Shown here piece after piece: positions 29,035 to 41,646 of a stretch of DNA of 64,000 bases. The stretch is from Phormidesmis sp. GTDB taxonomy: Bacteria; Cyanobacteriota; Cyanobacteriia; Leptolyngbyales; Leptolyngbyaceae. Under the pieces are notes generated by a model that saw nothing but the letters and a program-made list of their open reading frames with translations, did no database searches and was not told where the DNA came from. A program made the translations under genes and the position numbers. The first letter of the stretch is position 1; each line of letters starts with the position of its first letter. The stretch lies in NCBI GenBank assembly GCA_965248535.1, contig CBDFJR010000005.1, positions 1,056,001-1,120,000 on the forward strand, in the 5' to 3' direction.

Positions 29035-29418
29035 TTACTTCTTACCGGGTGCCTTCTTCTTACCTGCAACAGTACGACGACCTCCTCGACGGGTGCGGGC
29101 GTTGGTGCGAGTTCGTTGTCCGCGCACAGGCAGCCCTAAACGGTGCCGACGGCCCCGATAGGTGCCAATGTCCATCAATCGCTTGATGTTCATGTTCTCA
29201 ACCCGTCTCAGGTCGCCTTCAACCTGATAGCCGCTCTCCACCGCTTCTCTGAGAGTCGATACATCGGCATCGCTCAGATCCTTGACGCGGGTGTCAGGGT
29301 TTACACCTGTTTTGGCGATCACCTCTTTGGCCCGTGTCAATCCAATTCCGTAAATGTAAGTCAGACCGATCTCAACGCGCTTATCGCGAGGAAGGTCTAC
29401 TCCGGCAATCCGTGCCAC
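29035..29418 (-). CDS. rpsM: 30S ribosomal protein S13
   Basis: [25 protein letters not shown]. Confidence 0.98.
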   Translation of the reverse strand: MARIAGVDLPRDKRVEIGLTYIYGIGLTRAKEVIAKTGVNPDTRVKDLSDADVSTLREAVESGYQVEGDLRRVENMNIKRLMDIGTYRGRRHRLGLPVRGQRTRTNARTRRGGRRTVAGKKKAPGKK

Positions 29419-29512
29419 GCTTCTCTCTCCCTAACTTGAATTGCTTGAGGATAGTTATAAATCGCACCAAATTCCTGTCACTGAAGCCCTCTTCTTCGAT
29501 GACCGGAATGCT

Positions 29513-29626
29513 CTAACCCTGACGCTGTTTGTGCTTCGGGTTTTCACAAATCACCATGACGCGACCCCGACGACGGATGACGCGGCACTTTTCACAAATC
29601 TTCTTAACGGATGCTCGAACTTTCAT
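29513..29626 (-). CDS. rpmJ: 50S ribosomal protein L36 (below the ORF-track size cutoff)
   Basis: Manual translation [37 protein letters not shown]. Confidence 0.97.
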   Translation of the reverse strand: MKVRASVKKICEKCRVIRRRGRVMVICENPKHKQRQG

Positions 29627-29730
29627 GCCTTAACCTGGCAACACTGCAACAAACACAATATCCTAACAATTTTTTATAGGAGTTGTCAAAGAGATCGTTC
29701 TATGACTGCTTTAAAGGACTTTTGTGAACC

Positions 29731-29958
29731 CTATTTTTTGTTTCGTAGACGGTAGGTAATTCTACCCTTGGTCAAGTCATAAGGCGTGAGTTCGACTTTG
29801 ACGCGATCGCCGGGCAAAATTTTGATGTAGTTCCGGCGAATCTTCCCCGAAATGTGGGCTAACACGTTGAAGCCGTTATCGAGATCAACGCGAAACATCG
29901 CATTCGGCAAGGAATCGATCACGGTTCCTTCCATTTCGATGAGATCTTGTTTAGACAA
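29731..29958 (-). CDS. infA: Translation initiation factor IF-1
   Basis: [24 protein letters not shown]. Confidence 0.98.
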   Translation of the reverse strand: MSKQDLIEMEGTVIDSLPNAMFRVDLDNGFNVLAHISGKIRRNYIKILPGDRVKVELTPYDLTKGRITYRLRNKK

Positions 29959-30181
29959 ACTTAAATGCCTCCATTACTGCGGATGATTTCAGGAGTCAAC
30001 AGAATTCCTGCGGATTTCTGCTAGCTTCTTTGAGTTTAGATCATTAAATTTGTTTTTAACTTCTCAGACACAGTTTGTTAATCTCAATCTGTGGTAAGGG
30101 CAGGTCATAACAAATTTCTATCGAGTGCCGTTGCCAGCGGGATCGTCCTTTACGAGAGAGACGGATCGGGCGGGGTGATCG

Positions 30182-30730
30182 CTAAATGACCTGGCTCAGT
30201 TGCGCTGTCACCGCTTCCATTGACTGACTGCCGTCGATCGTGGTCAGTTTCTCACGGGTCTGATAGTAGTCAATCAAGGGGGCGGTTTGCTCTCGGTAGA
30301 CCTCTAAGCGACGACGAATCACCGCTTCGCTGTCGTCTTTGCGGCCTCGACTCAGCAGTCGCTCAATCAAGGCTTCGTCAGGGACATCGAGGTTGACCGC
30401 CCGATCGCAGGTTTGGGTTAACTCAGCCAGCAGTTCATCCAATGAGTCAGCCTGCACGACGGTGCGCGGATATCCATCTAGAATCCAGCCCAGTTGAGCG
30501 TCAGGCTGCCCCAACCGTTCTCGAATCAGATCGATCACAAGTTGGTCAGGAACCAGTTCACCTCGATCCATAAAGCCTTTGGCTTTGATGCCTAGGTCTG
30601 ATTGCTCAGAAACGGCTGCCCGCAGGATGTCTCCCGTCGAAATGTGAGGGATCTTGTGCGAGTCAGCTAGGAGTTGGGCTTGAGTTCCTTTGCCTGCCCC
30701 TGGTGGCCCTAGAAAGATTAATCGCGTCAC
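30182..30730 (-). CDS. adk: Adenylate kinase
   Basis: [25 protein letters not shown]. Confidence 0.97.
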   Translation of the reverse strand: MTRLIFLGPPGAGKGTQAQLLADSHKIPHISTGDILRAAVSEQSDLGIKAKGFMDRGELVPDQLVIDLIRERLGQPDAQLGWILDGYPRTVVQADSLDELLAELTQTCDRAVNLDVPDEALIERLLSRGRKDDSEAVIRRRLEVYREQTAPLIDYYQTREKLTTIDGSQSMEAVTAQLSQVI

Positions 30731-32035
30731 TATTGTTTCACCATTCCTTCATACCGTTGAGAGATGACGTAAGTTTGAATCTGCTTTGCGGTGTCAATCG
30801 CCACGCCCACCAAAATCAGCAAAGAGGTGGCACCAAAGCCTTGAAAGGTGGGAACCCGTGTCGCCGTCTCTACAAACGTGGGAACGATCGCCACAATGCC
30901 TAAGAAAAATCGCTCCTAAGAATGTCAGGCGATTCAAAACCCGCTCAATATACTCAGTCGTGGCCTTACCGGGGCGGATTCCTGGAATACTTGCGCCCAT
31001 CTTTTTCAAGTTCTTTGACATCTCATCGGGCTGAACCACCAGAGACGCATAGAAATAGCTGAAAAACAGAATCAGAACAAGATAAAAAACGCTGTGTTGC
31101 CAGGAGTTGGGGCCCAGATAATTGCTGATGAACTGACTGATCGAAGCGTTTTGAAAAGCTTGAGCGACCAATGCCGGGAGCGTCAAAACCGTGGAGGCGA
31201 AAATAATTGGCATCACGCCGCCTTGATTGAGACGCAGGGGCAGATAGCTGCTTTTTTCTAGATAAGTCCGGCGACCGACTTGACGACGAGCCGAGATGAT
31301 CGGAATTCTGCGCGTTCCTTCTTGGACGAAGACGATGCCGACGACCATAGCCAGAAAGACTAGGAGCAAAATCACGACTCCGCCGACGACGTTGCGATCG
31401 CCGCTCTGGGCCAACTCAAGGGTTTTGCCCAGCGATCGCGGCAGCGTTGAGACGATGTTCAGAAAGATCAGCAGCGATGCGCCGTTGCCGATGCCGCGCT
31501 CAGTGATCAACTCGCCCACCCACATCACAAACATCGAGCCTGCGGTCAAAGCCAGCACCGTTTCGGTGATGAATAACGGCCCCCAATCTGAAGCGAACGG
31601 ACGGAGTAACCCGATCGTCAGCATCAAACTTTGAATGACTGCCCATCCTCCCGCCACATACCTCGTGATTTGGGAGATTTTGCGCCGTCCAGCTTCACCT
31701 TCGTTTTTCTGCAAGTCTTCTAACGCCGGAATCGCAGCAGTCAGCAGTTGCAAAATAATCGAGGCATTGATGAAGGGAAGAATGCCTAAGGCAAAAATCC
31801 CCAACGTTCTCAGACCGCCCCCCGCAAATAAGTCAACAAAGCTGAGAGCCGTGTTGCCTTGAATATTGGCGGCAAACGCAGCCCGATCGATGCCAGGAAG
31901 CGGAATATAAATACCCAGACGCACCAGCACCAGCAAGCCAATGGTCAACAGCAAACGCCCCCTCAGTCCGGCAGCTTGAGCCATCTGAACAAAAGTTTCC
32001 TGCGCGGTGGGAGTTTTATCTCGACTAACGACCAT
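30730..32035 (-). CDS. secY: Preprotein translocase SecY, with a +1 frameshift at about 30905-30909 in this sequence
   Basis: Canonical SecY; removing one base from the A5 run restores LGIVAIVP...[15 protein letters not shown]...YEGMVKQ. Confidence 0.95.
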
Positions 32036-32173
32036 AAAGGGATACCTCTTACATACACTCGCAGCGGTCTTGCAACACTCGTCGGCAGTTGCCACAGACT
32101 GCAAAGCGCCATCCCTCAAAACGAAGAATGACGTTTTTACAACCTTTCAGATGACCCGTCCCAGACTCTGATC

Positions 32174-32650
32174 CTACGCCTTAGCGCGGTGCCAGGTGGG
32201 TTTGCCAGCCAAGATTTCACACGTTCCACCTGCTGCCTCAATTTTAGCGCGAGCGCCTGCGGTGAATGCAGTCGCCTGAACGGTCAGCTTTACGGACAGA
32301 TCGCCATCGCCCAAAATCTTGAGCGGGCCATCGTCGGTCGTGACAATTCCAGCTTCCATTAAAGAAGACAAATTCACTTCAGCGTTGGCGGGAAAAGATG
32401 CCAATTCACCGACGTTCAAGATCGTGAAATGTTTACGATTGATGACGGTGAAATAGCTTAACTTAGGCAGACGACGATAGAGAGGCGTTTGACCCCCCTC
32501 AAAACCGGGACGAGTAGGACGACCCGATCGAGACTTTTGACCTCGCATCCCAAAGCCGCCGCTTGCGCCTTGTCCTGCCGCAATGCCTCGACCAATTCGG
32601 CGCTTGCGCTTGGTTGAGCCTTCTTGAGGCACAGCATCTTCTAATCTCAT
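32174..32650 (-). CDS. rplO: 50S ribosomal protein L15
   Basis: [20 protein letters not shown]. Confidence 0.98.
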   Translation of the reverse strand: MRLEDAVPQEGSTKRKRRIGRGIAAGQGASGGFGMRGQKSRSGRPTRPGFEGGQTPLYRRLPKLSYFTVINRKHFTILNVGELASFPANAEVNLSSLMEAGIVTTDDGPLKILGDGDLSVKLTVQATAFTAGARAKIEAAGGTCEILAGKPTWHRAKA

Positions 32651-32720
32651 AATTCGTTGCTCTTAAATAAGGACTACTCAAGAAATATAGGTGAACCGCG
32701 AAACACGATTCACCCATCGC

Positions 32721-33245
32721 TCAAGTTGCGTAGAGATTCTCGATCGGAACGCCCCGCTCTTCTGCCACATCAGCAAAAGTGCGAAGGTTATCTAACGCAC
32801 TGACCGCGGCCCGCGCATTGTTGAGAGGATTGCCAGACCCAAGTTGCTTCGCCAAGATATTCTTGACACCCGCGAGTTCGAGAACGGTGCGAACCGCTCC
32901 CCCAGCAATTACCCCAGTTCCCGGAGCGGCGGGGCGCATCATCACTTTTGCACCACCACCCGCACCCTGAGCCGGGTGAGGAATGGAATTTGATTTGGTC
33001 AGAGGCACTTCAACGAGGTGCTTTTTGCCATCTGCCACGCCTTTCTTGACAGCGCCGATTACGTCACTGGCTTTGCCGACTCCTACGCCGACCTGACCCT
33101 TTTCGTTACCGACGACGACAATGGCGCGGAAGCTGAGTTTTTTACCGCCCTTGACCACCTTGGTCACGCGACGGATTTGCACGACCCGCTCTTGCCAGTC
33201 TGATTTCTCTTCGCGAGGTTTGTTGCTCTTGCGACCTTTTGCCAT
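32721..33245 (-). CDS. rpsE: 30S ribosomal protein S5
   Basis: [20 protein letters not shown]. Confidence 0.98.
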   Translation of the reverse strand: MAKGRKSNKPREEKSDWQERVVQIRRVTKVVKGGKKLSFRAIVVVGNEKGQVGVGVGKASDVIGAVKKGVADGKKHLVEVPLTKSNSIPHPAQGAGGGAKVMMRPAAPGTGVIAGGAVRTVLELAGVKNILAKQLGSGNPLNNARAAVSALDNLRTFADVAEERGVPIENLYAT

Positions 33246-33255
33246 GTTGTTTCTC

Positions 33256-33618
33256 CTAGAAGTCTAGACCAGCTTCGCGGGCAGCTTCGGCTAGCGATTT
33301 TACCCGTCCGTGATAGAGGTTGCCCCCACGATCAAAGACCACTCTTTGAATGCCCTGGGCGATCGCCCGTTGAGCCACCAACTTGCCGACTTCAGTTGAA
33401 GCCTCACAGTTTGAACCCGACTCAACTTTACCTTTAATTTCTGGCTCGACCGTCGAAGCAGAAACCAGAGTGTGCTGGGTGGTGTCGTCAATCACCTGAA
33501 CATAAATGTGCTGGTTAGAGCGAAACACTGCGAGACGAGGACGCTCTGAGGTTCCGGTAACGGTGCGGCGCACCCGTGCGTGACGACGACGGGTTGATTC
33601 TCGACGAGTCATTTTCAT
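33256..33618 (-). CDS. rplR: 50S ribosomal protein L18
   Basis: [22 protein letters not shown]. Confidence 0.98.
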   Translation of the reverse strand: MKMTRRESTRRRHARVRRTVTGTSERPRLAVFRSNQHIYVQVIDDTTQHTLVSASTVEPEIKGKVESGSNCEASTEVGKLVAQRAIAQGIQRVVFDRGGNLYHGRVKSLAEAAREAGLDF

Positions 33619-33621
33619 GAT

Positions 33622-34170
33622 CTATTTCTTCCCTTTACCACCAGTCTTACCAACTTTGCGTCTGACGGCTTCGCCAGCATATCGAATGCCCTTGCCCTTA
33701 TAGGGTTCGGGGGGACGCACCGCCCGAATTTTGGCGGCCGTGTTTCCAACAATTTCTTTATCGATGCCACTGACAGTCACGTTAGTGTTGCCTTCAACCG
33801 CGACCTGAATTCCTTCGGGTGGGGCAATATCTACAGGTTTGCTGTAGCCCACATTGAGAATTAGGTTTCGCCCTTGAACTTGGGCACGATAACCAACACC
33901 TTGAATTTCGAGCTTACGTTGGAATCCGGTGGAGACACCTTCAACCATGTTGGCAACGAGGGTGCGGCATAAACCATGACGTTGACGAGCGGCGCGAGAC
34001 TCATCCCGGCGCTTAACCTCGATCGTCGTTCCTTCCTGTTCAACCGTCACTTCGGGTGGCAAAACTCTAGAGAGTTCGCCTTTGGGCCCTTTGACTAAAA
34101 CGTGTTGCCCATCAATGGTGACCGTCACCTTTGCGGGAACATCAATAATGCGTTTACCAATCCGAGACAT
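33622..34170 (-). CDS. rplF: 50S ribosomal protein L6
   Basis: [16 protein letters not shown]. Confidence 0.98.
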   Translation of the reverse strand: MSRIGKRIIDVPAKVTVTIDGQHVLVKGPKGELSRVLPPEVTVEQEGTTIEVKRRDESRAARQRHGLCRTLVANMVEGVSTGFQRKLEIQGVGYRAQVQGRNLILNVGYSKPVDIAPPEGIQVAVEGNTNVTVSGIDKEIVGNTAAKIRAVRPPEPYKGKGIRYAGEAVRRKVGKTGGKGKK

Positions 34171-34240
34171 AACTGATCACCTTTTTTGAATAAAAGCTGT
34201 TCGCTGTGAGCCAATCAACAGCAACGACTAATATCCAGAC

Positions 34241-34642
34241 TCACCAGACATAACAAAGGACTTCGCCGCCGACTCCGGTGCGCCGAGCTTCGCGATCGGT
34301 CATGATGCCGCTGGATGTCGAGACGATCGCGATGCCAATGCCGCCCAACACACGGGGGAGTTCCTTGCGGTTAGCGTAAACTCGGAGTCCGGGTTTGCTG
34401 ACTCGCTTGAGGGCGGTGATAATCGGCTTGCGATTTTTGCCTCGATATTTGAGACCCAGCACGAGATGACGCTCAACGCCTTCTCCCGCTTCTTCGTATT
34501 CAGCAATAAAGCCTTCTGCCTTGAGCACATGGGCAATGCTGCGCGTCATCTTGGTCGATGGCACTTTGGTCGTTTGGTGTCTTGCTAGGCTTGCATTTCG
34601 GATGCGAGTCAGCATATCTGAAATTGTGTCGTTAACCGCCAT
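34241..34642 (-). CDS. rpsH: 30S ribosomal protein S8
   Basis: [26 protein letters not shown]. Confidence 0.98.
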   Translation of the reverse strand: MAVNDTISDMLTRIRNASLARHQTTKVPSTKMTRSIAHVLKAEGFIAEYEEAGEGVERHLVLGLKYRGKNRKPIITALKRVSKPGLRVYANRKELPRVLGGIGIAIVSTSSGIMTDREARRTGVGGEVLCYVW

Positions 34643-34665
34643 AGTTCCCTCTTAATGAAACTGCA

Positions 34666-35211
34666 TCAGTTGTCCCGGAATGGCATGCCCAGTTCTTTAA
34701 GCAGGGCGCGACCTTCTTCGTCGGAGTTTGCAGTTGTGATGATTGAAATGTCCATACCGCGAATCTGATCGATGCTGTCATATTCGATCTCCGGGAAGAT
34801 CAACTGCTCTCTCAGACCTAGCGTGTAGTTTCCTCGTCCGTCGAAGCTCTTGGGGCTGATGCCTCTAAAGTCACGAATCCGAGGCAGCGAAAGGTTGATC
34901 AACCGATCGAGAAAGGTAAACATCCGATCGCCGCGCAGGGTCACCATCACGCCGACGGGCATTCCTTCACGGATTTTAAAGCCCGCGATCGCTTTCTTGG
35001 CGCGGGTCACCACAGGTTTTTGTCCGGTAATGGTCGCAATCTCGTTGATCGACGCTTCCAACGCTTTCGCATTTTGGGAGGCTTCACCGAGTCCCCGGTT
35101 GATCGTGATTTTTGCCACTTTCGGAACCTGATGGACGTTCGTGTAACTGAACTGCTCCGTCAGCTTCGGGACGATTTTTTCTTGATAGATATCTTTTAAT
35201 CGTTGAGCCAT
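34666..35211 (-). CDS. rplE: 50S ribosomal protein L5
   Basis: [15 protein letters not shown]; start taken at MAQRL. Confidence 0.98.
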   Translation of the reverse strand: MAQRLKDIYQEKIVPKLTEQFSYTNVHQVPKVAKITINRGLGEASQNAKALEASINEIATITGQKPVVTRAKKAIAGFKIREGMPVGVMVTLRGDRMFTFLDRLINLSLPRIRDFRGISPKSFDGRGNYTLGLREQLIFPEIEYDSIDQIRGMDISIITTANSDEEGRALLKELGMPFRDN

Positions 35212-35281
35212 AGTTTGGGTTCCTCTTCCCTGGGCTTGGTCAGGGGCTAGTGGAGTGTTGAAACGCAAAGTCTCGCGTCTC

Positions 35282-35626
35282 TTAATCGATGATCTCGCCC
35301 GTCTTTTTTAACATCCGAACTTTCTTGCCATCAGCGTTGACGGTGTAGCAGATGCGGCTGGCCACTTTCTGCTTTTCGGAGTAAACCATGACGTTAGAGC
35401 TATGAATCGGGGCTTCTTGAGTGACAATTTGACCCGATTCGCCTTCCTGCTGAGGTTTGACGTGCTTGGTGCGAACGTTCACACCCTTGACGACAACTTT
35501 GCTCAATTTAGGAAGGGTTTGCAGGATTTCGCCAATCTTGCCTTTGTCACTGCCCGCGATGATTTTCACGGTGTCGCCTTTTTTGACGTGCATCTTGTGA
35601 CGCACGACTTCTTTCTGAATTGCCAT
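35282..35626 (-). CDS. rplX: 50S ribosomal protein L24
   Basis: [25 protein letters not shown]. Confidence 0.98.
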   Translation of the reverse strand: MAIQKEVVRHKMHVKKGDTVKIIAGSDKGKIGEILQTLPKLSKVVVKGVNVRTKHVKPQQEGESGQIVTQEAPIHSSNVMVYSEKQKVASRICYTVNADGKKVRMLKKTGEIID

Positions 35627-35994
35627 TACAGAACCTCCGGAGCGAGGGAAACGATTTTGGTGAAGTTTTTCTCGCGCAATTCGCGAGCAACGGGGCCAAA
35701 CACCCGCGTGCCTCTGGGGTTACCGTCTTGGTTAATGATCACGGCGGCGTTGTCATCAAACCGAATGCTCATGCCGCTGTCACGGCGCATGGTGTGACGA
35801 GTCCGCACAATCACAGCGCGTACCACATCAGACTTCTTGACCGCCATATTGGGGATCGCATCTTTGACCACCGCGATGATCACATCACCGACTCCGCCAT
35901 AGCGACGGTTACCGCCGCCGATGACTCGGATGCACATCAGCTTTCGAGCGCCGCTGTTATCCGCCACATTGAGATAGCTTTCTTGTTGAATCAT
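35626..35994 (-). CDS. rplN: 50S ribosomal protein L14
   Basis: VADNSGA..SLAPEVL. Confidence 0.98.
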   Translation of the reverse strand: MIQQESYLNVADNSGARKLMCIRVIGGGNRRYGGVGDVIIAVVKDAIPNMAVKKSDVVRAVIVRTRHTMRRDSGMSIRFDDNAAVIINQDGNPRGTRVFGPVARELREKNFTKIVSLAPEVL

Positions 35995-36011
35995 GTCTAA
36001 GTCCCTCGCAT

Positions 36012-36263
36012 TTAACCTTTAGAGGCAGTACCCAGGATTTCGGACACGACCCAACGCTTGGTGCGGCTGAGAGGTCGGGTTTCCTGAATGCGGACACGAT
36101 CGCCCGTTTTGCACTTGTTTTCTTCATCGTGCGCTTTGTAGCGCTGGGTGTTGACGACAATTTTGCCGTATTTGGGGTGGGCGGATCGGTTCTCGATCGC
36201 TACAACAATGGTTTTATCCATCTTGTCGCTGACTACCACACCGACTCTTTCTTTGACTGCCAT
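36012..36263 (-). CDS. rpsQ: 30S ribosomal protein S17
   Basis: [22 protein letters not shown]. Confidence 0.98.
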   Translation of the reverse strand: MAVKERVGVVVSDKMDKTIVVAIENRSAHPKYGKIVVNTQRYKAHDEENKCKTGDRVRIQETRPLSRTKRWVVSEILGTASKG

Positions 36264-36332
36264 TGCAATTACTCCAGTAAAAAAGGATGAACTAAAAAGG
36301 TGAATTTAGAACCCGATCTTGAATTCAGCCTT

Positions 36333-36545
36333 CTAGTCTTCAGTCTTTTTCAACTGCCGCTCTCGCTCGACGGTCAGCAGTTGAGATAGCTGATGTCTGG
36401 TGTGCTTGAACAGATGAGGCTTTTCTAATTGGCGAGTGCCTTTTTGCATTCTCAGCGTAAAAAGCTGCTTTTTGACGGCAACAATTTGGTCTGCCAATTC
36501 TTGGTCGCCTAGATTTCTGGCTTCTTCGATCTTAGGAAGAGGCAT
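36333..36545 (-). CDS. rpmC: 50S ribosomal protein L29
   Basis: LFTLRMQ..LEKPH; operon position. Confidence 0.95.
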   Translation of the reverse strand: MPLPKIEEARNLGDQELADQIVAVKKQLFTLRMQKGTRQLEKPHLFKHTRHQLSQLLTVERERQLKKTED

Positions 36546-36548
36546 AGG

Positions 36549-36971
36549 TTAAGACTCCTCCGTGGTTTGACGGGTAATAAACTTGGTCTTGATGGGCAGT
36601 TTGAAGGCCGCTAGACGCATCGCTTCACGAGCGATCTCTTCGGTCACACCCGCAATCTCAAACATGATGCGACCGGGTTTGACGACCGCAACCCAAAACT
36701 CAGGCGCACCTTTACCTGAACCCATTCGGGTTTCGGCGGGGCGCATCGTGACGGGCTTGTCAGGAAAGACGCGAATCCAGATTTTGCCACCCCGACGAAT
36801 GTAGCGAGTCATCGCACGACGACTGGCTTCGATTTGACGAGAGGTGATCCAGGACGGCTCTAGAGCTTGGAGACCGAAATCTCCAAAGTTGAGGTCGCTA
36901 CCGCGAGAAGCCATGCCTCTCATGCGACCGCGCTGCTGTTTGCGGAATTTAGTTCTTCTTGGGCTTAACAT
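36549..36971 (-). CDS. rplP: 50S ribosomal protein L16
   Basis: [18 protein letters not shown]. Confidence 0.98.
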   Translation of the reverse strand: MLSPRRTKFRKQQRGRMRGMASRGSDLNFGDFGLQALEPSWITSRQIEASRRAMTRYIRRGGKIWIRVFPDKPVTMRPAETRMGSGKGAPEFWVAVVKPGRIMFEIAGVTEEIAREAMRLAAFKLPIKTKFITRQTTEES

Positions 36972-36990
36972 GACTCGATACCAATTAAAT

Positions 36991-37018
36991 TCAGGAGTCA
37001 GGAGTCAGGAGTCAGGAG
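36991..37018. repeat. Heptamer tandem repeat (STRR-type), (TCAGGAG)x4
   Basis: Four exact copies in the rpsC-rplP spacer. Confidence 0.9.
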
Positions 37019-37035
37019 GATTAATCCGTCATCCT

Positions 37036-37788
37036 TTATCCTTCGTTCGATCGGTCTTCAAATTGTTGACGACGACGCTGTTGACGACGACGCGGTTGGT
37101 TAGAAGGAGGAGCAGCATCAATGAGTTCTTGACCGGGGATGATTTCGCCTTTAAAGACCCAGATTTTGATGCCCAAAATACCGTAGATCGTTTGAGCGGT
37201 GACGTAAGCGTAGTCAATGTCAGCTCTCAGCGTGTGCAGAGGAACGCGACCTTCACGAGTCCATTCAGGACGTGCGATTTCGGCCCCGTTTAGACGACCA
37301 CTGACTTGGATTTTAATGCCTTCAACACCTGCTCGTTGAGCGCGCTGAATCGCTTGACGAACGACGCGACGGAAGGAAACCCGACGCTCTAGCTGTTCGG
37401 CAATATACTCACCAATCAGCGCAGCATCGGCATCAACGCGAGCCACTTCGACGACGTTGACGCGAATCTGACGATCGCTGCTTCCCAACGCTTCTTGCAG
37501 ACCCAAGCGCAGGGTTTCGATCCCAGCGCCGCCGCGACCGACAATTACGCCGGGGCGAGAGGTGCGAATTTCTAAATCAATCTGATCGGCTTTGCGCTCG
37601 ATCCGAATCTCGGAAATTCCGGGCTTCTTCAGGTTGTCCAGATTTTTAGGATTCTTAGCAAAAAACTCGCGAATCTTGAAATCTTCTTTCAACAGTTCAG
37701 GGTATCGGCTGGTGTCGGCATACCACCGAGAGCGGTGATCTTTGATGATCCCTAGCCGAAACCCAGTTGGATTAATTTTCTGTCCCAC
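37036..37788 (-). CDS. rpsC: 30S ribosomal protein S3
   Basis: [26 protein letters not shown]. Confidence 0.98.
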   Translation of the reverse strand: MGQKINPTGFRLGIIKDHRSRWYADTSRYPELLKEDFKIREFFAKNPKNLDNLKKPGISEIRIERKADQIDLEIRTSRPGVIVGRGGAGIETLRLGLQEALGSSDRQIRVNVVEVARVDADAALIGEYIAEQLERRVSFRRVVRQAIQRAQRAGVEGIKIQVSGRLNGAEIARPEWTREGRVPLHTLRADIDYAYVTAQTIYGILGIKIWVFKGEIIPGQELIDAAPPSNQPRRRQQRRRQQFEDRSNEG

Positions 37789-37834
37789 GAATGCGTTCCT
37801 CTGAGATAAAGCAGTTTAAGTAGGAATAACTGAA

Positions 37835-38191
37835 CTAGGAATCGGCTCCCGGAGCCACCGCCACCGTGATGTGACACGTCGGCTTGCGAATTTGGTAAGC
37901 GCGACCCTGTGCCCGTGGTCTAAACCGCTTTAGCGAAGGCCCTTGATCGGCAAAGGCTTGGCTGACCACCAGACCTGCCCGCTCCATGCCCTGATTGTGT
38001 TCGGCGTTGGCTGCTGCCGATCGCAGCACTTTGAGCACAGGCTCACAGGCGCGATAGGGCATGAATTCCAAAATGATCAAGGCCTCTCGGTAGGACAGTC
38101 CTCGAATTTGGTCGAGAACCCGACGCACCTTGTGGGGAGACATGCGGATGTAACGTGCGATCGCTTTAACTTCAGTCGTATCAGTAGCCAT
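37835..38191 (-). CDS. rplV: 50S ribosomal protein L22
   Basis: [16 protein letters not shown]. Confidence 0.98.
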   Translation of the reverse strand: MATDTTEVKAIARYIRMSPHKVRRVLDQIRGLSYREALIILEFMPYRACEPVLKVLRSAAANAEHNQGMERAGLVVSQAFADQGPSLKRFRPRAQGRAYQIRKPTCHITVAVAPGADS

Positions 38192-38269
38192 AGTTTTCTC
38201 CTTGACGGGCGAGAGGCGAGGGATTGAGAATCAGGCTTTCACCTATCACCCCTCGCGCCGCCCTTTCTC

Positions 38270-38548
38270 CTATCGACGTGCTTTTTTGTCGCTACCTGCG
38301 TGTCCCCGAAATGTCCGAGTCGGGGCAAACTCGCCGAGTTTGTGACCGACCATTTGCTCAGAGACATAGACGGGAACGTGCTGACGACCGTTGTGAACGG
38401 CGATCGTGTGTCCAATCATCTGGGGCAAAATCGTCGAAGCTCGTGACCAGGTTTTGATGACTTGCTTGTCACCTCTGGCGTTGAGCGCTTCAACTTTGCT
38501 CATCAGATGGTCAGCAACAAAGGGCCCTTTTTTTAGTGAACGTGCCAT
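38270..38548 (-). CDS. rpsS: 30S ribosomal protein S19
   Basis: [19 protein letters not shown]. Confidence 0.98.
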   Translation of the reverse strand: MARSLKKGPFVADHLMSKVEALNARGDKQVIKTWSRASTILPQMIGHTIAVHNGRQHVPVYVSEQMVGHKLGEFAPTRTFRGHAGSDKKARR

Positions 38549-38568
38549 GTGAGTTTCCCTTAGTCAAA

Positions 38569-39432
38569 TTACGATTCCCGTCCGCCGCGACCCCGTTTCG
38601 AGGACTTACGACGACGACGCACGATGAATGCGCTACTTAGTTTCTTCTTGTTGCGGGTTTTGCGTCCTAACGTCGGCTTACCCCAAGGTGTGACAGGGCC
38701 TGCACGCCCGATCGGTGCTCTGCCTTCTCCACCACCATGAGGGTGATCGACCGGGTTCATAACGCTACCGCGCACTTGGGGACGACGACCTTTGTGACGG
38801 GTGCGTCCGGCTTTACCCAAGTTGATGTTCCTCGCTTCGAGGTTGCCGACTTGCCCGATCGTGGCGTAGCAATCTTTGCGGATTAACCGAACTTCAGTTG
38901 AAGGCAGTTTTAGCGTGACGTAATCGCCATCTTTTGCCGCGACTTGAGCCGCCGCTCCGGCTGCCCGAACGATCTGACCGCCTTTGCCAGGAACAAGTTC
39001 AACGTTGTGAACGATCGTACCGAGGGGAATCTTTTCGAGGGGTAAGGCGTTGCCGATCTCGATCGGAGCATCTGGCCCAGACCGAATCACGGTGCCAACC
39101 TTCAGGTTGTTGGGGTGAAGAATATAGCGCTTCTCGCCGTCTGCATAAAACAACAGCGCCAGACGTGCGTTGCGGTTGGGATCGTATTCGATCGCCGCCA
39201 CCCGCGCCGGAATGTTGAGTTTATCGCGACGAAAATCAATGATGCGATAGAGACGTTTGTGCCCGCCGCCCCGATGACGACAGGTGATTACGCCTCGGTT
39301 GTTGCGTCCTTTATCCCGGTGCTTAGTCGTGGTTAAAGACTTTTCTGGCTCGGTCTTGGTGATCTCGCTGAAGTCAGAAACGCTACGCTGACGGCTGCCA
39401 GGAGTCAGGGGTCTATAAATTCGGATGCCCAT
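38569..39432 (-). CDS. rplB: 50S ribosomal protein L2
   Basis: [19 protein letters not shown]. Confidence 0.98.
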   Translation of the reverse strand: MGIRIYRPLTPGSRQRSVSDFSEITKTEPEKSLTTTKHRDKGRNNRGVITCRHRGGGHKRLYRIIDFRRDKLNIPARVAAIEYDPNRNARLALLFYADGEKRYILHPNNLKVGTVIRSGPDAPIEIGNALPLEKIPLGTIVHNVELVPGKGGQIVRAAGAAAQVAAKDGDYVTLKLPSTEVRLIRKDCYATIGQVGNLEARNINLGKAGRTRHKGRRPQVRGSVMNPVDHPHGGGEGRAPIGRAGPVTPWGKPTLGRKTRNKKKLSSAFIVRRRRKSSKRGRGGRES

Positions 39433-39454
39433 AATTTGCTACGCTCAGGGGTTT

Positions 39455-39757
39455 CTAAACTTCTGGGAACAGAGTGATGGAGTCGCCTTCTGCCAGGGTG
39501 ACGATCGCTTTCTTATAGTGAGGTCTATGACCTGCAAACTTGCCGACGCGACGCGCTTTGCGAGGCGGATGCTGAGTCGTCACACCCGTCACCTTGACTT
39601 CAAACATCAGTTCGACCGCCGCCTTGATCTCAGGTTTGGTCGCCTTAGGCTGAACCTCAAAGGTGTACTGGTTGAGTTCCAATCGCTGAGTCGCCTTCTC
39701 GGTGATAATCGGACGACGAATTAAATCCGCTAAGTTGCGGGGGCTAAAATCACTCAC
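39455..39757 (-). CDS. rplW: 50S ribosomal protein L23
   Basis: [18 protein letters not shown] start overlapping the rplD stop. Confidence 0.97.
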   Translation of the reverse strand: MSDFSPRNLADLIRRPIITEKATQRLELNQYTFEVQPKATKPEIKAAVELMFEVKVTGVTTQHPPRKARRVGKFAGHRPHYKKAIVTLAEGDSITLFPEV

Positions 39758-40382
39758 CGTAGACCTCCTGGATCTTTTCAAGGGCAGCCGGGGTGGCCAC
39801 AATGTGGTCGGCTGCCAGCAAATCAAACACGTTTAGGTTGTTGGCCGAGATCAGTCTGAGCTTCTCAATGTTGCGAGCAGACAGATAAACTGTCTCGTTG
39901 CGCTCTGCCATGATGATCAGCACTTTCTTATCTGGCTCGACACCCCAGCGGCTCAGAGCCTGCACCATTTCTCTGGTTTTAGGACGGGGCAACTGGGCTG
40001 CAAAATCCTCTACCACAATCAAATCAGCAACGCGACTTTGGAATGCAGTCCGTAGGGCCAATCGTCGCTCTTTGCGGTTCATTTTGAGGGTGTAATCTCT
40101 GGGTTTGGGCCCAAAAATTACGCCGCCGCCCCGCCAGAGTGGAGACCGGATCGATCCAGCACGAGCGCGCCCGGTGCCTTTTTGTCTCCAGGGTTTGCGT
40201 CCGCCCCCGCGCACTTCAGCACGAGTTTTGGTCGAAGCGTTGCCCTGACGCTGATTTGCCAACTGACGAACCAATGCCCGATGCACGACGTGAGCCGCGC
40301 TTTCTTCTTTGGCAACTTTAAGCTCGATCGAGGCCTGCCCCGCATCGTCTCCTTGCCAATTTTTCACTACACAATCAACCAT
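39750..40382 (-). CDS. rplD: 50S ribosomal protein L4
   Basis: [24 protein letters not shown]. Confidence 0.98.
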   Translation of the reverse strand: MVDCVVKNWQGDDAGQASIELKVAKEESAAHVVHRALVRQLANQRQGNASTKTRAEVRGGGRKPWRQKGTGRARAGSIRSPLWRGGGVIFGPKPRDYTLKMNRKERRLALRTAFQSRVADLIVVEDFAAQLPRPKTREMVQALSRWGVEPDKKVLIIMAERNETVYLSARNIEKLRLISANNLNVFDLLAADHIVATPAALEKIQEVYGE

Positions 40383-40399
40383 TTCTGTCTCCTTCTGCC

Positions 40400-41047
40400 C
40401 TAGCGCCCAACTTTCTTAGCGGGCATGATTTGCACCAGAGCACCGGGCTTACCGGGAACTGCTCCTTTGATCAAAATCAAGTTCCGTTCTAGATCCACGC
40501 GCACCACAGTCAGCTTCTTGATCGTGACCTGCGTGCCGCCTAGACGACCTGCCATCCGTTTGCCGGGGTAGACCCGTCCGGGAGTGGTGCCTGCTCCGGT
40601 CGAACCGGGAGCGCGGTGGTTTTTAGAACCGTGAGACATGGGCCCTCGTGCGAAGTTGTGACGCTTTTGGTAACCCGCAAAGCCTTTACCGATGCTGGTG
40701 CCTGTCACATCGACGATCTGACCTGCTTCAAAGATGTCAGCTTTGATTTCTTGACCTAATTCGTAAGCGCTGTAGTCTTCTGACGGAAGGTATTGGCGCA
40801 TCTCAGTGAGATGGCGCAGAGGGGCAGAATTGGATTTGGCGAGGTGCCCCAATTCAGGTTTGCTCAATGACTTGACTCGTGTTTCACCAAACCCGATTTG
40901 CACGGCGGTATAGCCGTCTGTTTCACGAGTTTTAACTTGGGTGATGGGGCAGGGCCCTGCTTGAATGACGGTCACGGGAACAGCAAGTCCTGTTTCGTCA
41001 AACACTTGAGTCATGCCGAGCTTTGTGCCGAGAATGCCGACAGCCAC
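40400..41047 (-). CDS. rplC: 50S ribosomal protein L3
   Basis: [24 protein letters not shown]. Confidence 0.98.
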   Translation of the reverse strand: MAVGILGTKLGMTQVFDETGLAVPVTVIQAGPCPITQVKTRETDGYTAVQIGFGETRVKSLSKPELGHLAKSNSAPLRHLTEMRQYLPSEDYSAYELGQEIKADIFEAGQIVDVTGTSIGKGFAGYQKRHNFARGPMSHGSKNHRAPGSTGAGTTPGRVYPGKRMAGRLGGTQVTIKKLTVVRVDLERNLILIKGAVPGKPGALVQIMPAKKVGR

Positions 41048-41646
41048 GGTAACTGGTCTCCTTTTCTACACACTTGGACATAGCGAAATCGCGACATTGA
41101 GACGCAGTTTCGTTATCGAACGGATTCCACGGTCTGAGACCAGATGAATCTTACCTCTCTGCTTAAGAGGGCAGCGGATTCCGCATTTCTTTAGACACTT
41201 TGGTCGATTCTGCAAAGCGGCTTGAGAGGTGCCAACTGGCACTGCTCTTTTGTGCTTCTCCCGCCTGGACTTGAACAAATTGTTGCTCAGTATCCGTTGA
41301 TGGCTGGGGTCAAACGCGCAAGCTGGGTTTTGCAAACCCTGAAGAAGTTCTTTGCTTCTTCGCCCGAAGTCTCGAAACAATTTCCCTCACACGAGATGAA
41401 AAGGTTTTCTGAGATGCGCTACAGCCTATTACTATAGCTCAAATCTGAATACTTCTTCATGGAAATTGCACAATTAGAAATTTAGCGACAATTAAACATA
41501 CTAATACAGTCATGGGCGATCGTCTACTAAATCATCTAAATTTTTTCTCTGAGGTCACCCATCGATGAAGTTTGATCACCACGATTCGGATAGAAAACCC
41601 GTTGAGAGACCTCTATTGTGATAGTCACCCCTGAGAAAAACTCACT

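Noticed and set aside
36991..37018. CRISPR array
   Set aside because: Simple 7-bp tandem repeat without spacers; no CRISPR array or cas gene seen anywhere in the window
33246..41047. Absence of rpsJ, rpsN and rpmD from the ribosomal cluster
   Set aside because: Normal for cyanobacteria
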